DNA from: an uncultured Eubacteriales bacterium
Lineage (GTDB): Bacteria > Acidobacteriota > Aminicenantia > Aminicenantales > UBA8522
Length of the DNA stretch: 64,000 nucleotides
Reading direction: 5' to 3'
Assembly (NCBI GenBank): GCA_964445305.1
Contig: CAYUKK010000020.1
Coordinates: 6,352-70,351, forward strand
This document shows, piece after piece, positions 1 to 9,871 of this stretch. The translations under genes and the position numbers were made by a program. The notes beneath the pieces were generated by a model. It saw only the letters and a list, made by a program, of their open reading frames with translations, was not told where the DNA came from and did no database searches. The first letter of the stretch is position 1; every line of letters starts with the position of its first letter.

Positions 1-1302
1 TGCGTTGTGCTGGGCATCGCCGATGCGAGGACAGCCTTCGCTCCTTTTGCCGACCCCATCATCTTCCTTTTCATGGGCAGCTTCCTCATCGCCCGGGCGA
101 TGTCCGTTCACGAGCTGGACAAGCGCTTCGCCTTTGGTCTTCTTTCCTTACGCTTTGTCGGCCATAGCGCTGGCCGTCTCCTTTTCGTCTATGGCGGCGT
201 CTGCGTCCTTCTTTCCATGTGGATTTCGAACACAGCCACAACGGCCATGATGTTCCCCATCGCCATCGGCATCGTCTCCGCCGTCGCTAAAATGATGGCT
301 CGCCAGGCCGGCCGGGAGATTCACGCGGACAGGCTCCGCTTCACGACGGGGATGATGCTCATGGCCGCCTATGCCTCCTCGACGGGCGGAATTGGCACTC
401 CTGTTGGAACGCCGCCTAACCTGATTGGCCTGGCCATGCTCGAGAAATTTGCCCGGTTCAAAATTCCCTTTTTCCAGTGGCTTCTCTTCGCCATCCCCCT
501 TCTTTTCATCATGTATCTTTTTCTTTTCTTTTTCATGCTCCTGCTCCATAGGCCAGAGGTCAACCAGATCAGCGGGAGCAGGGAATTTGTACGCGAGGAG
601 CGGGAGAAGCTGGGGCCGTGGACGCGCGGCCAGAAGAATACGCTCACGGCTTTCCTCGTAGCGGTCGTCCTGTGGGTTGCGCCCGGCTTCCTGTCCATCC
701 TTTGCGGTGGCGATTCTCCCCTGACTAAAGCATATGCAAACCGCTTTCCCGAGGCTGTCGCCGCGGTTGTGGCCGCCCTGCTTCTTTTCATCCTCCCGGT
801 CAATTGGAAAAACCGCGAGTTTACCCTCACCTGGAAGCAAGCAGCCTCGATCGACTGGGGCACTCTCCTTCTTTTCGGCGGCGGTCTGTGCCTGGGCGAC
901 CTCATGTTCAGGACAAAGCTCGCCGAGACGCTGGGCAGGGGGCTTCTCGACCTCTGCGGCGCCACATCCCTATGGGGTCTCACCCTCGCCGGGATTTACC
1001 TGGCTATTTTTATTAGCGAGACGACTTCCAATACGGCCGCGGCAACAATGGTCGTGCCCATCATGATCTCGCTGGCCATGTCCGCTGGCCTTAACCCCGT
1101 CCCGCCAGCCATCGGTGCGACCATCGGAGCGAGCTACGCCTTTATGCTCCCTGTCTCAACACCGCCCAACGCCATCGTTTATGGCTCTGGCCTCGTTCCC
1201 CTGACAAGAATGCTCCGCGCCGGAACTATTCTTAACCTGAGCGGTGGGCTGGTTATCTGGAGCTCCTTGCGCCTTCTCCTTCCCCTTGTCGGCCTGGCCT
1301 GA
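1..1302 (+). CDS. DASS (SLC13/CitT-like) family Na+-coupled anion symporter, 5'-truncated by the window edge
   Basis: Open frame from the window start. Duplicated SNTA(T/A) transporter motifs (WISNTATTAMMFPIA and ISETTSNTAAATMVVPI), TPPNLIGLAM and many TM helices. No start codon; stop at 1302. Confidence 0.7.
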   Translation, partial: CVVLGIADARTAFAPFADPIIFLFMGSFLIARAMSVHELDKRFAFGLLSLRFVGHSAGRLLFVYGGVCVLLSMWISNTATTAMMFPIAIGIVSAVAKMMARQAGREIHADRLRFTTGMMLMAAYASSTGGIGTPVGTPPNLIGLAMLEKFARFKIPFFQWLLFAIPLLFIMYLFLFFFMLLLHRPEVNQISGSREFVREEREKLGPWTRGQKNTLTAFLVAVVLWVAPGFLSILCGGDSPLTKAYANRFPEAVAAVVAALLLFILPVNWKNREFTLTWKQAASIDWGTLLLFGGGLCLGDLMFRTKLAETLGRGLLDLCGATSLWGLTLAGIYLAIFISETTSNTAAATMVVPIMISLAMSAGLNPVPPAIGATIGASYAFMLPVSTPPNAIVYGSGLVPLTRMLRAGTILNLSGGLVIWSSLRLLLPLVGLA

Positions 1303-1397
1303 ATCTGGATGATGGCGGGAATCGGAATCCATTGACCGAATGCAATAATTAAATCGAGGCGACAAGGCAAACGGGGTCAAAAGAAAACAGGACCTGA

Positions 1398-1460
1398 TGG
1401 GGCGTGGTTGGGGGTCAGAAGGCGACAAGACCCGTCGGGTGCTTTGATCGGCAATTTCGG
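1398..1460. repeat. Copy 1 of a conserved roughly 65-nt intergenic element (core gacccgtcgggtgctttgatcggcaatttcgg)
   Basis: The 32 nt at 1429-1460 are identical to 15315-15346. The 5' half is a diverged version of copies 2 and 3. Lies 70 nt upstream of the APC permease start. Confidence 0.6.
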
Positions 1461-1529
1461 TAACCATTTATCTATTGATTAAGGTGAGCTTTTTCTATAT
1501 AGATAGCATCATAGATGGAGTTTTAAGGA

Positions 1530-2900
1530 ATGAACAAGGGAGAGAGCGAGACGAGCGTCTGCTCCGGCCCCGGGAAAAAAGAGGAGCTTCCCCGAGTTCT
1601 CGGCTTCTGGGACATCATCGGCATCATCGTCGGCGGGGTCATCGGCTCGGGCATTTTTATCGTCCCGGCGGCTGTGGCAGCCGGGGTGGGCTCCCCTATC
1701 CTCATGCTGGCCGTCTGGGTCGTCGGTGGCCTGCTCTGCTTTTTTGGCGCCCTCTCCTTTGCCGAGCTCGGCGCCGCCTATCCTCAGGCGGGCGGAATGT
1801 ACATTTACCTGAGAGAGGCATACGGACCGCTCGTGTCCTTCCTTTTTGGCTGGACTCTTTTTCTCGTTATCGATTCTGGAGCCATCGCCACCCTGGCCGT
1901 CGCTTTCTCATCCAAGTATCTCCCTCACTTTGTGGCACTCAGCAAGTTGGAGACGAAGCTCATTGCCGTGGGGTTGATCGCCTTCCTGGCCATCGTCAAC
2001 TACGTCGGGGTTAGATGGGGGGCGGTGCTGCAGAATGTCCTTACCCTGATCAAGTTCGGAGCTATCGTGGCGGTTTGTGCCGTCGTTTTTGCTCTGGCCA
2101 AGGGCAACCCTTCTCATTTTTTCTTTCCCGCGCCCCAGGCTTTCTCCCTTGACCTCATCGCCAGGTTCGGTGTGGCCCTCGTGGCCACCCTTTGGGCCTA
2201 TAAGGGTTGGGAGAGCTCAACCTTCAGTGGCGGCGAAATCCGCAACCCGGAACGAAACCTGCCAGCCGGTCTTCTCGCCGGCACCCTCATCATCATCGGC
2301 ATCTACCTTCTTACCAACATCGCTTATCTCTATGCCTTCCCGGCGAGCGAAATCGCCAAATCTGACCGCATCGCCAGCGACGCCATGAATTTCGCCATCG
2401 GCCCGGCCGGCGCTTCCATCATCGCCCTGGTCATCCTTTTTTCTATTACCGGCGCGACCAATCAGAATTTCCTGTGCAGCCCGCGGGTCTATTTTGCCAT
2501 GGCCCGGGATGGCCTCTTTTTCAAAAACATCGCCCGCATCCATCCCCGGTTCCTCACCCCACACGTGTCCATCTTCGCCCTGGCCGGCTGGAGCGCTGTG
2601 CTCAGCTTGTCGGGAACTTTCGAGCAGCTTTTTACTTATGTTATCTTTGGCCAGTGGATCTTCTTCGGCCTGACTGTGGCTGCGGTGATGATTCTACGCC
2701 GGAAAAGGCCCGAGGTTCGCCGGCCATACAAAACATGGGGATATCCGGTGACACCCATTATTTTCATCCTGAGCGCCCTGTTTGTCTCCGTCAACACGCT
2801 CGTCAATCAATTCTGGAATTCATTCGCCGGCCTGGCCATCATCTTCCTCGGCCTTCCCGCTTATTTTTACTGGCGGAAAAAAGCCATGTCGAGGAGTTAG
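1530..2900 (+). CDS. APC-superfamily amino acid permease
   Basis: 456-aa ORF with 12 predicted TM segments and the GSGIF signature near the N-terminus (IVGGVIGSGIFIVPAAVA), typical of APC amino-acid/polyamine transporters. Confidence 0.75.
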   Translation: MNKGESETSVCSGPGKKEELPRVLGFWDIIGIIVGGVIGSGIFIVPAAVAAGVGSPILMLAVWVVGGLLCFFGALSFAELGAAYPQAGGMYIYLREAYGPLVSFLFGWTLFLVIDSGAIATLAVAFSSKYLPHFVALSKLETKLIAVGLIAFLAIVNYVGVRWGAVLQNVLTLIKFGAIVAVCAVVFALAKGNPSHFFFPAPQAFSLDLIARFGVALVATLWAYKGWESSTFSGGEIRNPERNLPAGLLAGTLIIIGIYLLTNIAYLYAFPASEIAKSDRIASDAMNFAIGPAGASIIALVILFSITGATNQNFLCSPRVYFAMARDGLFFKNIARIHPRFLTPHVSIFALAGWSAVLSLSGTFEQLFTYVIFGQWIFFGLTVAAVMILRRKRPEVRRPYKTWGYPVTPIIFILSALFVSVNTLVNQFWNSFAGLAIIFLGLPAYFYWRKKAMSRS

Positions 2901-3015
2901 GCAAGATGGGTGCACCCGCCTGGCCTTTAAGGGTTTCCCCCTCTCCACCACTCGCCTCTTTTCTCCGAACGTCCCATTGAGTTGCCCCTCGGGTTCAACT
3001 AACTGGGGGACGGGT

Positions 3016-3801
3016 TCAGGCCAGAAGGACAACAAAAAGAAGTATCGAGCCAGCAATAAGTCGGTAAGCTCCGAAAAGATGAAGGGTATGGCGCTGGAGG
3101 TAGCGGATAAACCATCGGACAGCCAGGTAAGCAACGCCAAAAGCAATGACTGCTCCGGCCGCGAGCAAGCCAGCGCTTTGGGCCGAGTGGAGGATGAGTT
3201 CCCTCGTTTTATATAGGTCATAAACACCAGCGGCAAGGAGCGTGGGCACGGCTAAAAGGAAGGAAAATGCGGCAGCGTCGTCCCGCCGAAACCCCAGGGC
3301 CATCATCGCCAGGATGACCGCGCCAGCCCTCGAGACCCCAGGGAGAAAAGCCAGGCACTGGGCGAGACCAATAATTATAGCATTCCCATAGGTTAACTCA
3401 GATATGGGTTTGATCGGCTGAAGCAAGCTCTTCTTGACAAGACCTTCGAAGACAAAAAAGATTGCCCCGACCAGAATAAAGATGACGACCATGGCGAGGT
3501 CCGACTCGAAAAAAACCTGCTTGATGAGGACATAGGAAACTGCACCCAGGAAGGCTGTAGGAAGAAAGGCGAGGAGGGTCTTCACGAGGAGCCCTCTTTC
3601 CTGGAAGACCCTTTTCCAGTAAAGGATGAGAACAGCCAAGATCGCGCCGCTCTGGATAAAAACGTTGAAGAGCTTGACAAAATCGCCATGGGCGATGCCC
3701 AGAGCTTTGGAGGCGAAAATGAGGTGGAATGTGCTCGAGATGGGGAGAAACTCCGTCAGCCCCTCGATGAGGCCAAGAATTAGCGCTTCCCAAAAGTCCA
3801 T
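3016..3801 (-). CDS. uppP: Undecaprenyl-diphosphatase UppP/BacA
   Basis: The N-terminus MDFWEALILGLIEGLTEFLPISSTFHL is the canonical BacA signature. Start moved to the internal ATG at 3801, because the ORF-track start at 3882 adds a non-homologous 27-aa extension. Polytopic membrane protein. Confidence 0.8.
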   Translation of the reverse strand: MDFWEALILGLIEGLTEFLPISSTFHLIFASKALGIAHGDFVKLFNVFIQSGAILAVLILYWKRVFQERGLLVKTLLAFLPTAFLGAVSYVLIKQVFFESDLAMVVIFILVGAIFFVFEGLVKKSLLQPIKPISELTYGNAIIIGLAQCLAFLPGVSRAGAVILAMMALGFRRDDAAAFSFLLAVPTLLAAGVYDLYKTRELILHSAQSAGLLAAGAVIAFGVAYLAVRWFIRYLQRHTLHLFGAYRLIAGSILLFVVLLA

Positions 3802-4107
3802 TTTCTCTTCGCGCTGGCCGGCCCTAAGAAAAAACCTCTTTTTTGGCTGTGTACTATATCCGCCTTGCCTCCCCCTTGTCAAATCCTCGAAAATGGGGAC
3901 AGTTTACATATTACCCTATTTTTCCTTATTTTTCTTTTCCATTGAACAGCTTGACCGTGAAAAAGACGGGCGAGCCATCGTCAAGCGCAGCAGCAAATAG
4001 AAGCTCTCATCCATGTATCTCTTGGGCCATTAGATTGACGATAAACCGGTCAACCGGAAAGGGGAAAAAATTAGGTGAATTGATAAACTGTCCCCAATTA
4101 ACCCCAA

Positions 4108-7100
4108 TTATCTACGGATATCTTTATAAACCTTGTAGACTTCCCGCCACGACTTGATCACCAGGGCAGTCTGGGGCACAGGTTGAGCGAGAACCTGGCT
4201 GGGCGGCTCCGGCCCGCCCTCGCCTGGCTGAGTGAAGCTCTGGACAAAAACTTTTCTTTTCATCACCGCCTGCTGTCCTTCTTCTCCGCTGATGATTTGA
4301 GTCTCGCCAATCGTCACGGCTGACCTGACTTTCTGCTTGGTTACCTTGTATGCTTCTGGAGCCCCCTCGGCGCTCAATAAAGCCGTGCCACCCATCTGGT
4401 TGCCCAAAATATATCGAGCATAGAGCTTTCCACTTCCAGCCAGAGCCTGGCAGGGGTTGAGCGACTCAATGCTCCCTTGAAGGGTGGCGATGTAGACAAT
4501 CCGGTCAGCGATGATATCGTCGGCCCAGACTTTTTCTCCCTGGACAAATTCTCCTTTCTTGCGGTCGATGTTGATCCCCAGCCGAGTAGCCAGGTCATCA
4601 GGGCCGAGATACCACTCCACGGTAGCCGACGCGCCGGTATCTTTAATGGCGACGAAAGAATAGTACTCGGTGTCGGGAGCTTTGTCGTCACCGCCAGTGC
4701 CCACGTAGAGGCTCACCGTTTTATCGACTTTGTTAACGAAGATGGCCGGCCGCGTGACGATGGGGTGCAAATAAGGGTCGCGGTAGATGACGGTGGGCTC
4801 CCACTTTCTCACATCATCGGTTAAATCAATCTTCCAGACCCTCCCGATCAAATCGCCAAAATACACAGCATCAGCAAAGCCGTTGTCGTCTTTGTCCACA
4901 ACCGCGGGCGAACCCGGGAGAGTATTTTGAATGCCGAAGGGGCTTGTGGGCTCCCTTCTTTCCGCAATTTCAAAAGACTTGATGAGGGAGCCGGTTTCAA
5001 CATCAACGACATAGAAATAATGACCGATTTTCTCCCTCGGGTCGTTATCGTTATCATAGCCTGAGCCGAAGAAAACGACCCACTTATTGGGTGATTCAAT
5101 CTTGGCAATGGCCGGCACCGACCATGTTTCGCCCATGTATTCATCCGTGAATTCCCAGAGAGGCTGGGGCGATTCAGGGTCGGTCACATCAAGGGCAAAA
5201 TAGTAACACTTCTGGTTCTTTCCCCATCCGGAACCCTGGCCGCAGACGACAACCGTGTGCCAGCCACCGCCATAATAAACATCTTGGATGGACGGTGTCC
5301 CGTCGACGAAGAATTCGTGATTCAGGTAATAGCCGCAATCCGGGTCAAGGACGCGCATTCTTCTCAGCTTGTAAAGCAGGTTGTTGGGGATAAAAGCCCA
5401 GAGCTCCTCCAGGGTGGCGGCGTCAAAGCAATGGAGCATACCGTCATTAGCACCGACAAGGACAACCTTCCGCCGGTTCTTATAGGCCTCCTTAAACGCC
5501 TCGTAACCCGAGCCCATCAGGGACGGCGTGCCGCGCGGCGGCTCGAGAACCTTGGGCGAAGAGTGGTTGATATCACCCAGCTTCCAGTCCCGGCTGTCGC
5601 CGAGGACGAAACGAATGAGCGGGACGACTTCCGGGCTCCCTATGCCAAGCTGGAGAAAATCATCCAGTGTATCCGCCTCCGAGGGAGCAAAATCAAGCCG
5701 GTCATTCATTATTCCATCCGCCTCTCGGTCATAGGCGGTATAAACGACACGACTCGACCAGTCCCTGGCCCTCAAATTCACTCCTGCATCTTCAATAAAA
5801 GTGGCACCCACATCCAGGATGTCCGCCAGCTGCGAGCCGCGTGTGTAAGCAAGCTCGAGGTCGCTTACATTCCACGACCGGAGATGCCCCTTCCACTTGG
5901 GAAATTCGAACGAAGCCGAATAGAGGACTTCCTCATTGCCTTCCTGGCTCGGGTTGACATCAACGGTCGTAAAAGCATGGGATGTCCGCGAATACTCCCT
6001 CTTGGTGATGTACTTATACTCGATATCCAGAGTCCAGAGCTTGGGTGTTAAGGCCTCATCCGTCGTCGAAAACACAGCTTTCCAGCGAAGGAAATTGCCC
6101 GGACTTTCAAACTCGAATTCGACCCGCGGCGTCACCGGCCCTTCCCATCTCGGGTTGCCGGTGATATCGTTGGAATTGGAAAGATAATAAACGATATTCG
6201 TCCCGGCCGGTTTTGTCTCATCGACATAGATGGTCGCCGCGACGAGGGCATGGTCAGAAGTGATGAAATCGCAAGCCAGGCGGTTCCGGGAATAGGTCGT
6301 GCCTTCTTTTACATAAATGGGATAGGTTTCGTTCATGAAGAAATAACAATTCCGGGAGTCGTTGCCGTCGGCGACGAAGAAATCCAAATCGCCGTCATCG
6401 TCAAAATCGCCAATCGCTCCCGAGTCAAGGTCGCCGGAAGGGGAAACTTGAGCGCCGCTCTCTGGGATGGGCCGACTCGTGAAAATTCCTGTTCCGTCGT
6501 TTTCGTACCAGTAAACATAGCCGCCCGGGGGGTTGGCTGTCCAGCCGTCTGTGGCCAGGACAAAGTCGACATCGCCATCGTTATCGACGTCGCCGGAGCG
6601 GAGGTAGGTACAGGAGCCATGGCTCGCCGGGATGGTAACCGTCTTTCGGTTGTCCTGCCTGAAACTTCCGCCATCATTACGATAAAAGTACAAATCCCTT
6701 GAGTTGGCCGAGCCGACCATGAAATCGACATCGCCATCGCCGTCAAAATCGCCAGCAGCAACGCCGCAAACGCCGTATTGAGCGCTCGCGGGATAAGGGT
6801 TGATGGTTTGGGCAAGACGGGAAAAAACTCCTGAGCCGTTATTGATATAGATAACAACCAAACCCCATCTGTTTCTGGCCCGATAAGTTGGGATTCCCAC
6901 AATCAAGTCTAAGTCTCGGTCACCATCGACGTCGACGCACTCGATGTTGCTCTCCCACCGCCAGTATCTTGAATCCGTCCCGAACTCGCCGTAGCCGTCG
7001 GCGATTAAATCTCCGAGCAGCGTGGGAACAGAGTCAAATTGAGGGATGTCTCCTGGGCTCAAGTTGTTTTCGACATAGAGGTTCTTGAAAATCCAGAGAC

Positions 7101-7629
7101 GGCCCTGCCAGGAAAGGGCGGCAAAGTCGGCATCCCCATCCCCGTCAAAATCGCCGGCGCCAAGAGCCATGATTTCATAGGTTCTAAAGGTCGAAAGATA
7201 GTCGATGTAGTAAGGTCCGTTAAAAGCAAAGCGAAGCGGATCACCGGGGTCTTTTCCGCGGCTGATAAAAATGGCGATATTCGTGTCTGTGGCGTTAGCG
7301 TTGTTGTCGCATGTCCGGCCTCCCTCGACAAGGTCAACCAGTCCATCGCCGTTGAAGTCTGCTGCTGCGCCCGTCATCCGGTAGTTCGTCGTCACTGGAT
7401 AGTTACTCGTCTCCTTCCAGTTGGCTCCCTTGCCCTTGAGGCGGAGAAAGCGAATCGCCCCTTCCGCATCACTTTCGATGCCGTCCATGACGGCGAGGAC
7501 AGAAGGGTCGCCGCGGTAGCCGACAACGCGGTCGCTCTGAGTTTCACAAACCTGGCTATGGGCCCGGATATAAAATAAAGCTGCCAGGCCAAATCCCAAA
7601 ATGATTAGCCCTAAGTAAAGTTTCTTCAT
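4108..7629 (-). CDS. pilY1: PilY1-like type IV pilus tip adhesin/biogenesis protein with N-terminal FG-GAP (integrin-alpha-like) repeats
   Basis: 1173 aa with an N-terminal signal peptide (MKKLYLGLIILGFGLAALFY). Multiple DxDGDGxxD FG-GAP/VCBS repeats in the N-terminal half. The central and C-terminal region carries the PilY1 propeller signature (VVLVGANDGMLHCFDAATLEELWAFIP). It is the last gene of a minor-pilin operon. Confidence 0.75.
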   Translation of the reverse strand: MKKLYLGLIILGFGLAALFYIRAHSQVCETQSDRVVGYRGDPSVLAVMDGIESDAEGAIRFLRLKGKGANWKETSNYPVTTNYRMTGAAADFNGDGLVDLVEGGRTCDNNANATDTNIAIFISRGKDPGDPLRFAFNGPYYIDYLSTFRTYEIMALGAGDFDGDGDADFAALSWQGRLWIFKNLYVENNLSPGDIPQFDSVPTLLGDLIADGYGEFGTDSRYWRWESNIECVDVDGDRDLDLIVGIPTYRARNRWGLVVIYINNGSGVFSRLAQTINPYPASAQYGVCGVAAGDFDGDGDVDFMVGSANSRDLYFYRNDGGSFRQDNRKTVTIPASHGSCTYLRSGDVDNDGDVDFVLATDGWTANPPGGYVYWYENDGTGIFTSRPIPESGAQVSPSGDLDSGAIGDFDDDGDLDFFVADGNDSRNCYFFMNETYPIYVKEGTTYSRNRLACDFITSDHALVAATIYVDETKPAGTNIVYYLSNSNDITGNPRWEGPVTPRVEFEFESPGNFLRWKAVFSTTDEALTPKLWTLDIEYKYITKREYSRTSHAFTTVDVNPSQEGNEEVLYSASFEFPKWKGHLRSWNVSDLELAYTRGSQLADILDVGATFIEDAGVNLRARDWSSRVVYTAYDREADGIMNDRLDFAPSEADTLDDFLQLGIGSPEVVPLIRFVLGDSRDWKLGDINHSSPKVLEPPRGTPSLMGSGYEAFKEAYKNRRKVVLVGANDGMLHCFDAATLEELWAFIPNNLLYKLRRMRVLDPDCGYYLNHEFFVDGTPSIQDVYYGGGWHTVVVCGQGSGWGKNQKCYYFALDVTDPESPQPLWEFTDEYMGETWSVPAIAKIESPNKWVVFFGSGYDNDNDPREKIGHYFYVVDVETGSLIKSFEIAERREPTSPFGIQNTLPGSPAVVDKDDNGFADAVYFGDLIGRVWKIDLTDDVRKWEPTVIYRDPYLHPIVTRPAIFVNKVDKTVSLYVGTGGDDKAPDTEYYSFVAIKDTGASATVEWYLGPDDLATRLGINIDRKKGEFVQGEKVWADDIIADRIVYIATLQGSIESLNPCQALAGSGKLYARYILGNQMGGTALLSAEGAPEAYKVTKQKVRSAVTIGETQIISGEEGQQAVMKRKVFVQSFTQPGEGGPEPPSQVLAQPVPQTALVIKSWREVYKVYKDIRR

Positions 7630-7654
7630 GGCCGCTTCCTTTTCCTTTTTTCGT

Positions 7655-8209
7655 TTATGTCGATTCCTGGATTTCTATCATGACTTCGATTCTGGCATAG
7701 GTATTCCGGCCGGCCCGGCCGATGCAGATAACAAGGCAATCACGGTCGTTGGGAGTGCCTCCGCCGGCCTCATCATTAATCAAGAAGACCGTGTAACTCA
7801 GAGACGGGTCGTTGGGTAGAGGTCGGCTAAGGAAGAGAACGTTGGTCGGGTCCCTCTCGAATTCAGCGATGAGCTCAGCATCGGTGAGAAGGCGGAAATA
7901 ATAGGGGTTGTCTACGGCGGAGGTCGGCGGGACATCCAGTGGCTGCCCGTTATAAGTCGTCCGGTATTGGGAGGAGAAATCCGTTATCGCGCCGCTGACG
8001 ATGTTTTCATTCAGCACCCGCCATGCGGCGTCAAACCCGGCTTCGGCAGCGTTAAAAGCGCGCTCCTGCAGCCGGATATTCCCCGCCACTTGAGGCCCCG
8101 TACCGGTCACGTAAAGCAGGGTGAGACCGACCGCGAAAAGAAAGGCAATGACCATGATGAGGACGATGATTCCCGCCCCTCGCTCTTTGTGGTCTTTTGG
8201 GCTGCCCAT
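7655..8209 (-). CDS. pilX: PilX-like type IV minor pilin
   Basis: Start set at the internal ATG giving MGSPKDHKERGAGIIVLIMVIAFLFAVGLTLLYV, i.e. the PilX N-terminal hydrophobic helix plus a short polar leader. The ORF-track start at 8473 would overlap pilW by 250 bp. Position between pilW and pilY1 is canonical. Confidence 0.6.
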   Translation of the reverse strand: MGSPKDHKERGAGIIVLIMVIAFLFAVGLTLLYVTGTGPQVAGNIRLQERAFNAAEAGFDAAWRVLNENIVSGAITDFSSQYRTTYNGQPLDVPPTSAVDNPYYFRLLTDAELIAEFERDPTNVLFLSRPLPNDPSLSYTVFLINDEAGGGTPNDRDCLVICIGRAGRNTYARIEVMIEIQEST

Positions 8210-8220
8210 TTTTTGCCTCG

Positions 8221-9339
8221 CTAACGGGTCCCCGTGTTGTATAAATTCAGGCTCAAGTTTCGCATCGTCGACGAGGATTCGAGGAGGAACCTCTTGTGCC
8301 TGTCCGGCTGGTTTGAGCCCATCGTGTTCGAGAGAGGTGGCCTCTGGTAAAGATAAAGGTCGGACGGAGGGGTTCCAGAAACGCTGACAAAAGGCTGCGG
8401 CGTCCGGCCGAGGATATAAATCCTGATTTCCCGGATCCGGCTGACTTGGTCTAATGTCCACATATCCGACCAAGGACGAAAGCCATCCAGCCTGCCATCG
8501 TCATCCAAATCGCCATTGTATTCAAACTGAAGGTTCTCGACGTTCTGGGCTAAAGGATAATGGATGGCGTTGAGGGTCATGTAGAGAATCCCTCCCTGGC
8601 CATTTCCGATGTAGCCGCTAACCCCGGCCGTCAGACCTGGATAATTCCCGGTGACATCGAGCCAGAACTCCTTGACATCGATAAACGTCACGAGACCGCC
8701 GTCATAATCGTTCGAGCTGGCACATGTTCCAGACAGCCCCCCGGGTGGGTTAATTCCTGGGGCGAGGCCGGGCGAGAAGTTTAGCCTCTCATTTGTTCCG
8801 CCCGTGCTGTGGGTGACGTGGGTAATCTTGCGTACTTCCCCCGCCCGACAGGCAGAGCTCGGGTTAGGAAGAATCAGGACGACCTTATTGGCATAGTATT
8901 CATCAGGATAGGGATACTGCTCAAGGGAGTAGTCTTCCAAGGACAAGTTGATGCTCGCCCCTTGGTAGCTCTCGATCTCAAGGACGAGGGGATCCTCGAT
9001 ATTGCCCATCATGAGGAGGCGGTCTGGCGTTACCTCCGCACCCTGGTCCTCATTGTCTGTGCCCTCAAAATAATAACCGCAAAATTCAATCGGCAAACCC
9101 ACTCCGGCCATCCGGATATCCCGAGCGATAAAATACATGGCCGAGCGGATATCATGCTGGAGCTCGGCGTACATGCTGTGGTCCACAGAAACCTTGTTGC
9201 TCCTCATGTAAACAGCCAGAGCCCCGACAATGATAACGAGCATAGCTGCGCTGGCCACGAGGAGCTCAATCAGCGTGAAGCCATTGCCCCGGCCTCCATC
9301 TTTTTTGTCCCTGAATATTTTTTGAGCTTTCCTGGTCAT
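8221..9339 (-). CDS. pilW: PilW-like type IV pilus minor pilin
   Basis: The N-terminus has a class III signal with a prepilin cleavage/methylation motif (GNGFTLIELLVASAAMLVIIVG). About 370 aa, typical PilW size. Operon position between pilV and pilX. Confidence 0.7.
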   Translation of the reverse strand: MTRKAQKIFRDKKDGGRGNGFTLIELLVASAAMLVIIVGALAVYMRSNKVSVDHSMYAELQHDIRSAMYFIARDIRMAGVGLPIEFCGYYFEGTDNEDQGAEVTPDRLLMMGNIEDPLVLEIESYQGASINLSLEDYSLEQYPYPDEYYANKVVLILPNPSSACRAGEVRKITHVTHSTGGTNERLNFSPGLAPGINPPGGLSGTCASSNDYDGGLVTFIDVKEFWLDVTGNYPGLTAGVSGYIGNGQGGILYMTLNAIHYPLAQNVENLQFEYNGDLDDDGRLDGFRPWSDMWTLDQVSRIREIRIYILGRTPQPFVSVSGTPPSDLYLYQRPPLSNTMGSNQPDRHKRFLLESSSTMRNLSLNLYNTGTR

Positions 9340-9357
9340 TTTTCCCCGCCGCTCATC

Positions 9358-9849
9358 CTATCGACTGATGATCGTGCTCACCATCGCCCGAACGCGGTAG
9401 CGCTGCGGGTCGCTGATGAGCTGAGCCCTTTCCTTATCGAATTGCTCTTGGGAGAAAACATAAACGTCCACCTCCCAGGCACTCATGGTAAACTCTGTGG
9501 AATTCCGGACACGGGTTATCCGACGGTAGTCGTTGGAAGTGTCGCCGTTGATGTCGATGAGCTCGTCCCAGGAAATGTCGGGGACTCCATCATTGTTAAG
9601 GTCGATATTAGCGTTGGAGGTGAGATAGTCCAGCTCGGCCACAGTCAAGTTCCTCAGGGCATCCACCCTTTGCTGGGCCAGAAAGGAAGCCCCCGTAATC
9701 CTGTCCGACCGCATGTTGTTGAGCACACTCAGGGTGAACATTTCCGCCAGGCCGAGCACAGCGATGGCCAGCAAAGCAATCCCGATAACGACTTCGATAA
9801 GGGTGAAAGCAGCCTCAGCGCCCAGCTTCCGTAGCATCTTATCTTTCAT
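9358..9849 (-). CDS. pilV: PilV-like type IV minor pilin
   Basis: Prepilin-type N-terminus AFTLIEVVIGIALLAIAVLGL. Start chosen at the ATG preceded by GGAGGGAAGG (MKDKMLRKLGAEAAFTLIEV). The ORF-track start at 9909 would overlap the upstream gene. Confidence 0.6.
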   Translation of the reverse strand: MKDKMLRKLGAEAAFTLIEVVIGIALLAIAVLGLAEMFTLSVLNNMRSDRITGASFLAQQRVDALRNLTVAELDYLTSNANIDLNNDGVPDISWDELIDINGDTSNDYRRITRVRNSTEFTMSAWEVDVYVFSQEQFDKERAQLISDPQRYRVRAMVSTIISR

Positions 9850-9871
9850 CCTTCCCTCCATCTCCGCTCCA

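Noticed and set aside
4040-4107. taattgggg tandem-like motif just downstream of pilY1
   Set aside because: Only two short imperfect copies. Likely a chance or terminator-adjacent sequence.
5257-6051. 264-aa plus-strand ORF and other mid-size ORFs (for example 6250-6702, 7039-7578) antisense to pilY1
   Set aside because: They lie within the PilY1 coding region on the opposite strand. No ribosome-binding site, and low-complexity products.
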